DNA of 64,000 nucleotides from Vairimorpha necatrix (Eukaryota): NCBI GenBank assembly GCA_036630325.1, contig CP142728.1, positions 1,116,001 to 1,180,000 of the forward strand, read 5' to 3'. Shown piece by piece: positions 47,373 to 58,189 of this stretch (position 1 is its first letter; each line of letters starts with the position of its first letter). The notes under the pieces were generated by a model. It saw only the letters and a program-made list of their open reading frames with translations, ran no database searches and was not told where the DNA came from. The position numbers and the translations under genes were made by a program.

Positions 47373-48755
47373 TTAAATATTAGGTATAGTTTTTTCAGTG
47401 ACTATTGTTTCTGCGGTACAAATGTCATCACCAAAATCAAAGTCACTATTATCGAATTTCTCGTTTTTTGCTCTCATTTGCCAATATTGCTTGTCTTCAA
47501 ATGCTCTGCCTGATGGAATTCTATTAATGATTTCATTTCGCTTTTCTTCTGCGGCCAATACAATATCCCTAAATTTTTTTATTGCGCCCGGCCTCTTGTG
47601 TGCATCAGCCCATCTCATTCTCTTACAAAGTTCTGATATGAAAGACTGCGAACAATTTTTATTTGATAATATTTCCGCTATCTCTCTTAAATAATCTTCT
47701 CGATTCTCTTCCTGAGTCCAATCTCGACTTATACTCTTTAACATTTCATAAGCTTCATCACAATTCGGCAAAGAAAATTCAATTTTTTCTCCGAATCTTC
47801 TTAAAAATGCGTCATCTATCACACTCATATAATTAGATGCACCTACGAAGAAGACATTCTTCATTATGCTTTCTTTTATACCACTCAATAAATTTAAAAA
47901 TTCTGTTTTTGATTTGCTACTATTGTCTTGATGACTTATCTCTCTATCGGAAAAGAAAGCGTCAATTTCATCAACAAAAATGAATGTGGCTTTCCATTGC
48001 TCATTATCTCTGGCTTCTTCAAATAATTTACTAATTTTTCTTTCTGTTTCCCCTTTATATTTATCTTCCAACATACTTGGAGTTATGAAATATGCTCGGA
48101 CGTATTCTTTCTCTTTAATACCATCTTCATCAAGACTTTTAACTTTAGCATTCGTTTTTTTGGAGGCTATAATTTTATTACCATTTGCCGTTTCTATTTT
48201 ACCCTTTTCTCCTTTATCCTTTCTATTTTTCTCCTCTTCGTTTTTCTTTATCTTTTCGTTTAACAAGTATATTAATTTTTTTATAAAAAACGTTTTTCCT
48301 GTTCCTGGAGGTCCCCATAACAAAAAATTTCTAAAATTTGACTCAATTTTTTTTGTAACTTCTGCTTCAGATTTAGTTTCGGTCAATTCTATAATTTCAA
48401 TCATTTTTTTAATGGTTTTTTCGAATATTTCATCTTTTCCATGATATTCTATATGAGCGAAATCTTTAGCAGTGTAAAATGTGAACTCGGTAGTTTTTTG
48501 TTCATTGACCCCTAAGCTGTGCAAGATTATTGGGATTATGAATAATACCATAAGAGCTAAAAAAATATTTAAAATTGTCGAAATTATTTTTAGTATTAGT
48601 TTTATTTGTTCTGCGGTTGATTTTTTTCGATTATCATTTAGATAAAATATTTTTTGTGTATCATTTTGATCATAATTTTGTACACTCATTGTGATACCCC
48701 CAAAATCTAAAATTTTTTTAAAGAATCTTCCCCTGAATTTTAAATATAGGGTCAT
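47373..48755 (-). CDS. AAA ATPase with N-terminal transmembrane helix (paralogue B)
   Basis: GPPGTGKT, KYKGE, FVDEIDA, IDDAFLRRF; long identical stretches with 37192-38469. True start may be the internal MSVQNY. Confidence 0.85.
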   Translation of the reverse strand: MTLYLKFRGRFFKKILDFGGITMSVQNYDQNDTQKIFYLNDNRKKSTAEQIKLILKIISTILNIFLALMVLFIIPIILHSLGVNEQKTTEFTFYTAKDFAHIEYHGKDEIFEKTIKKMIEIIELTETKSEAEVTKKIESNFRNFLLWGPPGTGKTFFIKKLIYLLNEKIKKNEEEKNRKDKGEKGKIETANGNKIIASKKTNAKVKSLDEDGIKEKEYVRAYFITPSMLEDKYKGETERKISKLFEEARDNEQWKATFIFVDEIDAFFSDREISHQDNSSKSKTEFLNLLSGIKESIMKNVFFVGASNYMSVIDDAFLRRFGEKIEFSLPNCDEAYEMLKSISRDWTQEENREDYLREIAEILSNKNCSQSFISELCKRMRWADAHKRPGAIKKFRDIVLAAEEKRNEIINRIPSGRAFEDKQYWQMRAKNEKFDNSDFDFGDDICTAETIVTEKTIPNI

Positions 48756-49181
48756 TTTGTGAAAAAAAGATCAATTAAAATGAATAAAAAACACCTGCCA
48801 AAATGATCGCGTAGAAAAAAAAATAAAATTCTCCTTTTATTTTTTTTTTAAAAAAACATTTTAGATTGCAAAAGAAATAAGAAACAAAATAATCAATTTT
48901 TATATAAAAAAACAAATTGACTTAGATGTAAAAACTTTTTTCACAATTTTTAACCATATCAAAATCAGATTTTTGGTTTGGTTTTCTGCTCTTATTTGTA
49001 GAATGTCTTTCGTCATATTTGTCATTTTCGACAAAATTCTTATTAGACTTTAAAAAATAGGAGTCACTCTAGTCCAAATGAATTCCTTCTTTTTTGAAGT
49101 TTTGATTCTTATTGGACCAACAAGAATGTAAATATTTTTTTATTTCTCAAAACAAACATCAAAATATTAATTATATATATC

Positions 49182-49930
49182 TGTTAAAGACAATTGTAAG
49201 TTAAGGGTTAAATTTATTAAATCTATATTCTCAACATCCCCGCGCTAAATTCAGAATTGGGCGATGAAATTATCTTTACTACTTCCTACGCCTACTACAG
49301 GGCTCTCAAAATAAAAGTGCATTTTTATGTTAACTGACCATGGGCTGCGCTTTACTCTACCGCGTCTTACAATCCCTTCTAGTATTGGTCTTCGAGGTAC
49401 TTTTTTCTCTGTTTTAACACATGTAGTCTATGGGCATGTGATAATCTTTACACATGTCTTCCCAACAATGAAATCGAATTTTTTCCGTCTATCTCATTCT
49501 TCGACTATAACACAGTTTCTTTTTGATTTTCTTATATTTTTAAATCTCTCTGGATTTTTGAACACTATTGGTTCAACTATCTTGCCACGATAGCTTTAAT
49601 GTAAATAGTGGGATTACCACTGCACTCAATCTCGACAACTCTTATGCCGGATCTTATTAAAGCCAATACTGTTTCTCCATAGCTCTTTATAGCTACTTTA
49701 CGTCTTCACTTATCCGGGTCCCTCGACTGATGCAAGCCATCACCTTCTCTTCTGTTAGACAACCAACCATCCCAATTCTAACCTAGACTGCATTTTTTTT
49801 ACGTCTCATGCTTCGACGGAACTTACGACCTCTTCTTTTGTTTTTGTTTGGGTTCAATAATTTTATTCTCCACCATGTTAAAGACAATTGTAAGTTAAGG
49901 GTTAAATTTATTAAATCTATATTCTCAACA
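49182..49930 (-). mobile_element. Non-autonomous TRIM-like LTR element, 749 bp, 55-bp LTRs
   Basis: Identical direct repeats 49182-49236 and 49876-49930 (TG...CA); TSD atatc; minus-strand PBS TGGTGGAG (tRNA-Ala-like); purine run gcgggga before the 3' LTR; no long sense ORF. Confidence 0.85.
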
Positions 49931-51442
49931 ATATCGATTTGGATATATTAAATTAAAAAACAAATTTATGTGTCATACCTCTTTTCTCTCCAATCTGGAT
50001 CCTTTTAAGCTATTACATTTTATTGGACTGTTCTTTAATATAATGACAATTTACATCTATTTATGCGGAAATCATTTCATTATATAATAGATACTTTTTG
50101 AAGATTTTAATAGTGTCGTATGGAATATATAGAAGTAGATACTAGCCAATCAAGACAATGAGTGAAGATTCTATAGAAAAGCATAGAAAATAAGAAAAAT
50201 CATAATTTTAATAGATTTTTATGTAATAAAATTCAATTTTAAGCTTAAATAAGTTAAACGTCGATATCAAAAATCGTAACATACATTTGGTCGTAATTTA
50301 CTTTTTTTATTACGATATGAGAGAAAATAAGTTGCATAAAATTCTATACGTGGTTTACATAGTTACCGAAAATCTATAGCTCAGATCGATAGTGCATCTC
50401 GTGAAAAACATCACTTAAACAATAAAAACTTGTCTAATTTACAGTTCCGAATTTTTATTTTGATTAATTTTTTGCTATCTTTCAATTTTTTCGATTCCTT
50501 AAAATGAATAATTGTCCCACTGCGAAGTATGGTTTTACAGCGCCGTGTTGTTCTCGGGGTTCAATAAAGCTATAGTCAATATATCCGACGGCGTCATGGA
50601 TTCAGTGGGCATATTGAGGTACTTTAATGTCGTCACCGATCCTGCACTTTGACGTGTTAGTTTTAAGAAAATTCATCTATGCAAAATCATCTATCTATAC
50701 TATTTTTAATGCCTTTTGTTGTATTTTACTATTTTTAGTATTTTTTTAATGGTCAAACATTTTTTTACTTTGGCCGGAGTTATTAAATATGAAATTCATA
50801 AATGTAATGTGTTACCAGAAGGAGAGCTGGTTATTGAAGAAGGCTTTTTATTAGAAGAAGAACTATATTTATTTGGCATATTTAGTCTATTTAAGATTTC
50901 TTAAATAGTTTTAGTTTCGGATCTGAAACCTAGATGGTTTCAGATCATTATCAACTGTTTCATCTTTCAGTTTTAGTCTGATTATTGGCGTGTGCAACAC
51001 AGCCGGTAACAGTATGATTTATAATTGCGCATACTATATATAAAAAGTAATTCTTTTATTTTTTATGTCTTAAATTCTATCTAAATGTAATTTATACTTT
51101 TTTAAATATTTTTATAACCAGACACATAAAAATACAAAAACATTAAACCATCTATAATTAAAATACTCAAAAAATTTTAAAACCATACTTCTGATGTTTT
51201 TTTATTCTCATTGAGTTTCATTAATGCCAATAAAACAATTTTTATATTTTATATTAGTTAATGTTGTTTTTAAAAATCAGATCTTTAAAAATTGAAACCC
51301 CTCTCGGCCGCCCAAAATATTATTAAAAATGCTGTTTGTAAATAATAGTTTGCTTTTAGAAAAGGAGAAAGCCGCAGCTAAAAGTTTATGTTGTATATAA
51401 TAATCTCAAAACAAAAAAAATTAGACTAAAAATTTTATTCGT

Positions 51443-53160
51443 CTACTGCGGCTTTTCTTCGTCCTCAAAAAACCAGAGGTTTTTATAACCTCTCACCGTC
51501 TTACGATTTCCCAACTCTTTATGCACACCGTCGTAAACTCTTTGTGTATGATTTATTACCCCTTCTAATTTTGTATTAATTTCTTCAATGTGTGAGTTAA
51601 TTATCTTTACCTTTTCTTTTTGCTCTCGGGTTAAGTATAATCTACTAGAAAAAACGCATTCATAACGGTTAAACAGTTCACGTTTGGTTAAAATCTTTCC
51701 ATGTTTATACACAATATTTTTTTTAAGCCATAATCTAAAATCATCTTCGACAATTTTAACTGTTTCCAGCGCCAGCACGCACGCTTCGGGTGGATCTATA
51801 GTAAGATTTTTAAAATCTCGTAGTGAATGTATCAATAGAGCAAATAAAGAAGTTTTTAATGTTATATCTGTTTCTATCGCATGGCCCAGATCTCTATCCA
51901 TCTTTTTTTCATGTTTGTTCTTTGGTTTATCTACAAATTTAGATTGGAAAGGTAAGATTTTCACTCTTCTCCACAAAGCATCATCAACTGTTGAAAATGA
52001 GGGTATATCATTCATTGTTACTACGAATTTGGTTCTCAGTTTAAATCTAGATATTTTGTTTGAAAACAAATTTCTTGAAGAAATTTCATCAGAATTACAC
52101 AACCTTTTAATAAAATTAGTTTTCATTTTACCAGCTTCCGGCTCCGACAAAAACGCCACCTTCACTTTTTCTAATGCTTTAATTTCTGGGTTCGCTGTGC
52201 CGGCATTGTTGACTTCAACAGAGAAAAAATGAGATGGAAAGTTGCCGAAAATTCGCCAAAAACTATAGACAGAAGACGCATTAGTATGCTCTTCCCATTA
52301 CTTCCTACTCCTTTAAAAAATAGAAGTGTGTCGTTTGGATTACGGCTATCCATCCAGCTTGAAAACTGATACAAAGCATAATTAAGGACAGCGGTGTCCG
52401 GGAATATCGATTTAAGCAATTTAAATGCAGGCGTCACATCAGTTTTCTCATTAAAATCAAAGGCAAAACTTTTGCTAAAGTAATCGGTATCTGTGTAAGG
52501 CCTTATTTTATGAGTATTAAGACAATAAACTTTTGATTTCAGCGGAATAATGCTGTAATCATTGTCTAAGAGATCTACAAAATCTCTATCATTTATCGTA
52601 GCACGTAACAACAGTAATGTTCTATGCAAAATACTTGATCTGTCCATGTTCACTAAAAATCTGCTCCCAGCAACTTTCAACCTCTTAGGGAGGTCACTTT
52701 CCATCTTTAAAAAGTCACAAAATGGCTTGCAGAAATCACGTAAACATACGGCTAAAGTTGAATATAAATCCTTTTCGCTCGATATTATCCATAAATTGCC
52801 GGTCTTTGCATATAGTACCGAATTAGACCATTTAAACATTTTGCCGTATTTTGAGTTTACGAAAATTTTTTCCACTGAATCTGCAATGGGATATTCCACA
52901 AGTTCTTGGAATAAACGAAAACTTTTACTATCAAATCTATATTTTAGATTGTTGATATCAAACAACCATTCAAGAGAAGCATATTCTCCAACTGTTTCTT
53001 TTTCTCCGTCTATACAATGCTTTACCGAATCATTGTAAAGGTTCTGATTTTGGTCATAAGGATTAACATTCACATTAATATAATCTTTTACCTGATTTGT
53101 TTTCTGATATTTATCGCCTTTTATGGGAGCCAAAAAATTTTGTTCTCTCTCTTGTTTCAT
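51443..53160 (-). pseudogene. Virus-like D5-family (SF3) helicase, split by one -1 frameshift near 52224-52240
   Basis: D5_N-like region (LLDND..IIPLKSKVYCL...IRPY..DYFSK), Walker A GVGSNGKS, ANPEIKAL, Walker B VAFLSEPE, motif C VVTMN, DDALWRRVKILPF.SKF. Confidence 0.85.
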
Positions 53161-53846
53161 ATTAATTAAAATGGGTAAAAATTTTATTTTTAATTTATAC
53201 TAAATACTAGCGTATGTTTCGCATTTTTAAAAGTTATTTGCTTTGTTTTTTTTCTGAATTTATAAACATACTGGTTTTTTTAAAGGTTTCTTTATTTGTA
53301 TTTTAAACCTGATATATTAAAAATATTTTAAAATGATCTGATCTAACAATTTGATTAATTAACATATTCTATACTTTAAATAGATTTTTTAAATTATGCT
53401 TTTAGAATATTGGCGAACATAAGCTATTTTTTACTCTAAATAAAAAACATTGCATTGGCCTCGATCACGAGGCGTAAAATATCAATATTTCGTATATTGA
53501 CAAAACTAACGCACAATCTTTGAGTCTACAGTTACCGTCTAAAAATGTGATAAGAATTTACTGTTCAGATGTGGAAAGTATTCTAAGACACTAATTTATT
53601 TCCAACTAATGAGCATCATGACTTTTATTAGAAATAAATTATAAAAAAAGAAAATTTAAAAATCAAAGTTTGGGCATGGTAGATAAAACTTTTAAACGTT
53701 GTTCAATACAAAATATCGAAACACGTTAACACTTAAGAATTTTTTCGCATCACAAAATTTGAATGGATGAAGCATGGTTTTATTTATTCAATAAAAGCGT
53801 TTATAAATACATATAATTTGAAGGATTCAAAACAACTTATAGTTCT

Positions 53847-56800
53847 TGTCGTAGCCGATCAAATGCTGACCAATCATATTCTTACAAATGGACAGATTTG
53901 ATTGGCTACAAAAAGTATTTAAAAACATTTCCGAAAGAGGGGATGGAAAATCCAAATAAAACATTTGACATGGCGACAACGACAAACAATGTCGGATGCT
54001 TCACAGGAGAAGCAGGTGAGGATGTAAATGTCTGGCTGAGAGACATAATGTTGGTAGGGGAAGTTTCGAAATGGACCAATGATCAATTCAAAACGGCATT
54101 GGTGAGCAAGCTCAGGGGGAAAGCATTATCATGGGCTTCCCAGACATTAGGCGGGAAAATGGAGACAGTCAGCTTAGAGGAAATACTTCATTTAATAAAG
54201 AAAAGATTTGGATCGTATAAGAACAACGATATAACACTAAGCAGGTTCCTCTCAATAATGGTCCCGGAAACGAGAGAAGATTACTCGCAGATGCTACAGG
54301 AAGCTACTGTAATATATGAGAGATCTCTTATAAATTTGGACGCTTTGTGCCAAATGGTAATTAATAAATCACCAATGGAGATAAAAGCTCTGTTATACCA
54401 GACCGCAACTACAGTCCAGACGTGGCAAGGATTTATACAAAAGGCGGAGGAGATATCGTGGATTCCATATCCCGATAAGATGTTAGCTAGGACTAAGCTA
54501 CACGGCAACGCGGGCAGAGGGCCCCACACTAATTTTTACAAAGAAAAAGGATTTAAAAGAAACATAACCCATGAAAAACTACCGCGGCATACTAATAAAC
54601 GGTGCACACTCCACGGGGAATGTAACCATTCCACAAGAGACTGCAAAGCACTTACCATAATACTCAATAGAGAAAGAAACAACTTGAAGAGAAAAAATAT
54701 AAATGCCGTTGAAGAATACGAAAGTGACGAGAAAGATCATGACAATAAAGAAATTGAATTCTATTTACATCATATACAAAATAGTTTTAACCCATTTTTT
54801 GTGGAAAGCCGTCTCTTTAATAAAAATACGAAAGTACTACTAGACACTGGGGCCGATGTTTCGGTCATAAATTACAATGATATTCCACAAGAAGAACGTA
54901 ATAAGATTATTAGATATAATGGCGTAGTAAAAGGTATAGGAAATGAAATATTAAAAATAGAAGGCTATTTAAAAGACTGTATAATCGAAATCAATGGAAA
55001 AGGTGTGATCTTCTCACCCTTAATAATCAAAGACATAAAATATGTTATAATAGGAGCAAATGTAATATGCGACAATAAAAAACTGATTTTAGATATTCTA
55101 AATGCACCAAAATATAGAATCAACCAAATGTCGAATTCCGCATGTGATTTAGAAGAGAACAAAATTTTGAAAGAGTACGAGGACGTCTTCAAAACAGAAA
55201 TAAGCGACTATAACCTCTGCACTGCAGGTAGTCATCGTATACAGACGAACAGTACGAAGATAATTTGCCAAAGGAACGGAAGAATACCAGTATCACAAGA
55301 AGAAGCCGTAAATGAAGAAATCAACAAACTCCTAGAACTTGGAATTTTAAGGGAAAGCAGAAGTCCCTGGTGTAGCAGAATACTGATGGTACCGAAGCCT
55401 GACAAAACATGGAGAATGTGCGTAGACTATAGAGGTCTGAATAGCATAACAGTAAAGGACGCATACATGACACCTAGAATCGACGAGATTTTTGACAGTC
55501 TATCAACTGCAACTATTTTTACAATACTGGACGCGACTAGTGGATTCCATCAAATTCCTTTACAAGAAGAAGACAAGGAAAAGACAGCATTTTCGTATAG
55601 GGGGAAATTATACGAATTTAATCGTATGCCGTTCGGACTATGTAACGCCCCAGCAACATTTCAAAGGGCAATGGACAATATATTCAGGAAAGAAAACCAT
55701 AATTTTGTGATCCCATACTTAGACGATATTATAATATATTCAAGGAACAAGGAAGAACATAAGAAACATGTGAGAATAGTATTGGGAAAAATAAGAGCGG
55801 CAAATCTATCGCTTAATAAGAAAAAGTGTAAATTCTTTAGATCGGAAATAAAGATCTTGGGGAACGTCATTGGAAACGGAATCATAAAGGTAGACGAAAC
55901 GCGCATTAAGGATATACAAGCGTACCCAATTCCTACCACCATAAAGGAATTAAGGAGTTTTCTAGGAATGGCCAACTATTGCAGGGATTTTGTGACAAAG
56001 ATGGCAGAAATTACGGGACCCTTGTATGATGTACTTAAGGGCGAAAAACAGACATCTGGTAAAAAAATTAAACTTACTGACAAACAGCTGGATACGTTTA
56101 AAACCGTTAAAAAAGTACTAAGCCAAAATACAATACGTACACAGCCGAATTTTAAAGCTCCATTCATTCTGGTTACTGACGCATCTGAAACGGGAATAGG
56201 AGCAGTGCTGCTGCAAAAGAACAAAACTGGAGCTGAAAAAATGATAGCCGCCTTTAGCAAAAGACTAGATAATTGTCAGAAGAATTATTCAGTTACCGAT
56301 AAAGAACTTCTTGGCTTGGTTAAAGGAATAGAACATTTTAGACATTACCTTTTGGGAAGCAAATTTACGCTCAGAACAGACCACAAAGCCTTAATCTATC
56401 TATGGACAGTGAAGGATCCAACTAGTAGGATTCTCAGATGGGCACTCAAATTGGCGGAATACGACTTCGAATTGGAGTATATAAAAGGAGAGCATAACAT
56501 TGCTGATGGCTTTAGTAGATTTCACCAAGAGTGTGAAACATGTAACATTGATTTACATCAGTTATCGAATAATAACATCAACGACATACTAGAGGAGTAC
56601 CATAAAATATCAGGGCATGGGACATCAAATACCATGAAATTTATGATTTCACAGGCACATAAGTGGAAAACAATGCACCAAGACATTTCGAAATTCGTAA
56701 GCAATTGCAAAACATGTCTTCGTTCGGGATATCAACGCGTGAAGACAAAGAACAAAGTAATACTTTCAGAAAGACCCAATCAGCTGTGGGAATTTGATCT

Positions 56801-57701
56801 GCTTGGAAAACTTTCGGATAACAGCGGAAGCGGATACATATTTGTAGCGATCGATCACTACTCTAAATGGATAGAAACCAAGATCTTACGAAGCAAAAAG
56901 AGCTGTGAAATATATAAGGCGATCGAAGAATTAATCATTAGTAAGCATGGGATACCCGAAAGAATCTTGACAGACAACGGCTTAGAGTTTGACAACAGCG
57001 TGGTACAAGCATTAGGTTCAAAGTATAATATATCATGGGACTTTTGTTCGCCATACCATCACCAGACTACAGGCGCGGTTGAGAGGGTCATACAAACATT
57101 GACGAACAAAATTAGAAAATTAGCAAACTATGGCGAAATTGGCTGGAGGAAAGTTGTCAAAGAAGCTACATTGGCAGTAAATCTATCGTTTAACCGATCA
57201 ATAGGAACATCGCCGTACATTCTAAAATACGGTCAGCAAATAACAACAGCCATAGATGAGAGAATAGGAGTTACCCCTAAGACCTATACGAAGCAAGAAC
57301 TTTTACGGAAGAGGGACTTAAACTTTAAAAAATACAGCAAATACATCGTTAAAGGGAAAAAAGATATAAAGCAAAAGTTTAAAATAGGAGAAGATGTTTT
57401 AGTTTACAGAGATTACCCAGGAAGTGGAAAGTTAGAAGCTAAATGGTCACCTGGTTATATTATTGTCAAAATTTTAAGTGAAGACGCATTTCTGGTAAAA
57501 AGGAAAAATTCAGCAGGCGTATTGAGAGTTAACATAAGTCATATTAAGAAGGACACGTCGAAGACTGATTGAGGGGGTGTCGTAGCCGATCAAATGCTGA
57601 CCAATCATATTCTTACAAATGGACAGATTTGATTGGCTACAAAAAGTATTTAAAAACATTTCCGAAAGAGGGGATGGAAAATCCAAATAAAACATTTGAC
57701 A
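53847..57701 (+). mobile_element. Intact Ty3/Gypsy LTR retrotransposon with identical 124-bp LTRs
   Basis: LTRs 53847-53970 and 57578-57701; TSD gttct; PBS tggcgacaac (tRNA-Ser-like); PPT gaggggg. Confidence 0.97.
53970..57572 (+). CDS. Single-ORF Gag-Pol polyprotein (Gag, PR, RT, RH, IN)
   Basis: LLDTGA protease, YLDD RT, TDAS RNase H, IDHYSKW/TDNGLEF/GAVER integrase. An alternative in-frame ATG lies at 53943 inside the LTR. Confidence 0.93.
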   Translation: MATTTNNVGCFTGEAGEDVNVWLRDIMLVGEVSKWTNDQFKTALVSKLRGKALSWASQTLGGKMETVSLEEILHLIKKRFGSYKNNDITLSRFLSIMVPETREDYSQMLQEATVIYERSLINLDALCQMVINKSPMEIKALLYQTATTVQTWQGFIQKAEEISWIPYPDKMLARTKLHGNAGRGPHTNFYKEKGFKRNITHEKLPRHTNKRCTLHGECNHSTRDCKALTIILNRERNNLKRKNINAVEEYESDEKDHDNKEIEFYLHHIQNSFNPFFVESRLFNKNTKVLLDTGADVSVINYNDIPQEERNKIIRYNGVVKGIGNEILKIEGYLKDCIIEINGKGVIFSPLIIKDIKYVIIGANVICDNKKLILDILNAPKYRINQMSNSACDLEENKILKEYEDVFKTEISDYNLCTAGSHRIQTNSTKIICQRNGRIPVSQEEAVNEEINKLLELGILRESRSPWCSRILMVPKPDKTWRMCVDYRGLNSITVKDAYMTPRIDEIFDSLSTATIFTILDATSGFHQIPLQEEDKEKTAFSYRGKLYEFNRMPFGLCNAPATFQRAMDNIFRKENHNFVIPYLDDIIIYSRNKEEHKKHVRIVLGKIRAANLSLNKKKCKFFRSEIKILGNVIGNGIIKVDETRIKDIQAYPIPTTIKELRSFLGMANYCRDFVTKMAEITGPLYDVLKGEKQTSGKKIKLTDKQLDTFKTVKKVLSQNTIRTQPNFKAPFILVTDASETGIGAVLLQKNKTGAEKMIAAFSKRLDNCQKNYSVTDKELLGLVKGIEHFRHYLLGSKFTLRTDHKALIYLWTVKDPTSRILRWALKLAEYDFELEYIKGEHNIADGFSRFHQECETCNIDLHQLSNNNINDILEEYHKISGHGTSNTMKFMISQAHKWKTMHQDISKFVSNCKTCLRSGYQRVKTKNKVILSERPNQLWEFDLLGKLSDNSGSGYIFVAIDHYSKWIETKILRSKKSCEIYKAIEELIISKHGIPERILTDNGLEFDNSVVQALGSKYNISWDFCSPYHHQTTGAVERVIQTLTNKIRKLANYGEIGWRKVVKEATLAVNLSFNRSIGTSPYILKYGQQITTAIDERIGVTPKTYTKQELLRKRDLNFKKYSKYIVKGKKDIKQKFKIGEDVLVYRDYPGSGKLEAKWSPGYIIVKILSEDAFLVKRKNSAGVLRVNISHIKKDTSKTD

Positions 57702-58189
57702 GTTCTATAATCTATTTTATAAACATTTGGGGTCGATTCATTACAATATATTATCTATATTTGTACCTTATAATGGCAATCTAAATTTTAAGAAATGGGG
57801 TTAAGGCCAAAACCATGGTTATGACACCATTTTATACTCACTTTTAATAAAAAATTTATGATTTTTTAGCAAATAGTATATGCCAATTTTTATTATCAAA
57901 AGGTTTCATTATGTTCATAGTTATGGTTTTTATGATTATAAGCAAATAAACAAGATTAGTTAGTGAACACAAAAATAGAAAAACGACAACAAGACATGGC
58001 CTAAATATATTTTACCAAAGTAGATAAAATATATTGATTTTACTATAATTGATTTGAGGAATTATATTTTTTATGTAATTTAAAGATAATTTATGTATCT
58101 AGTAAATCATCCAGTAACAGAATCAATTTTATTTCCTATGAAGAAATGTCTATTACCTAACACCATCCGACGCAAAGTCCTGGGTCTGG

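Noticed and set aside
57569-57784. 71-aa ORF repeating the Gag N-terminal sequence
   Set aside because: It is just a translation of the 3' LTR copy.
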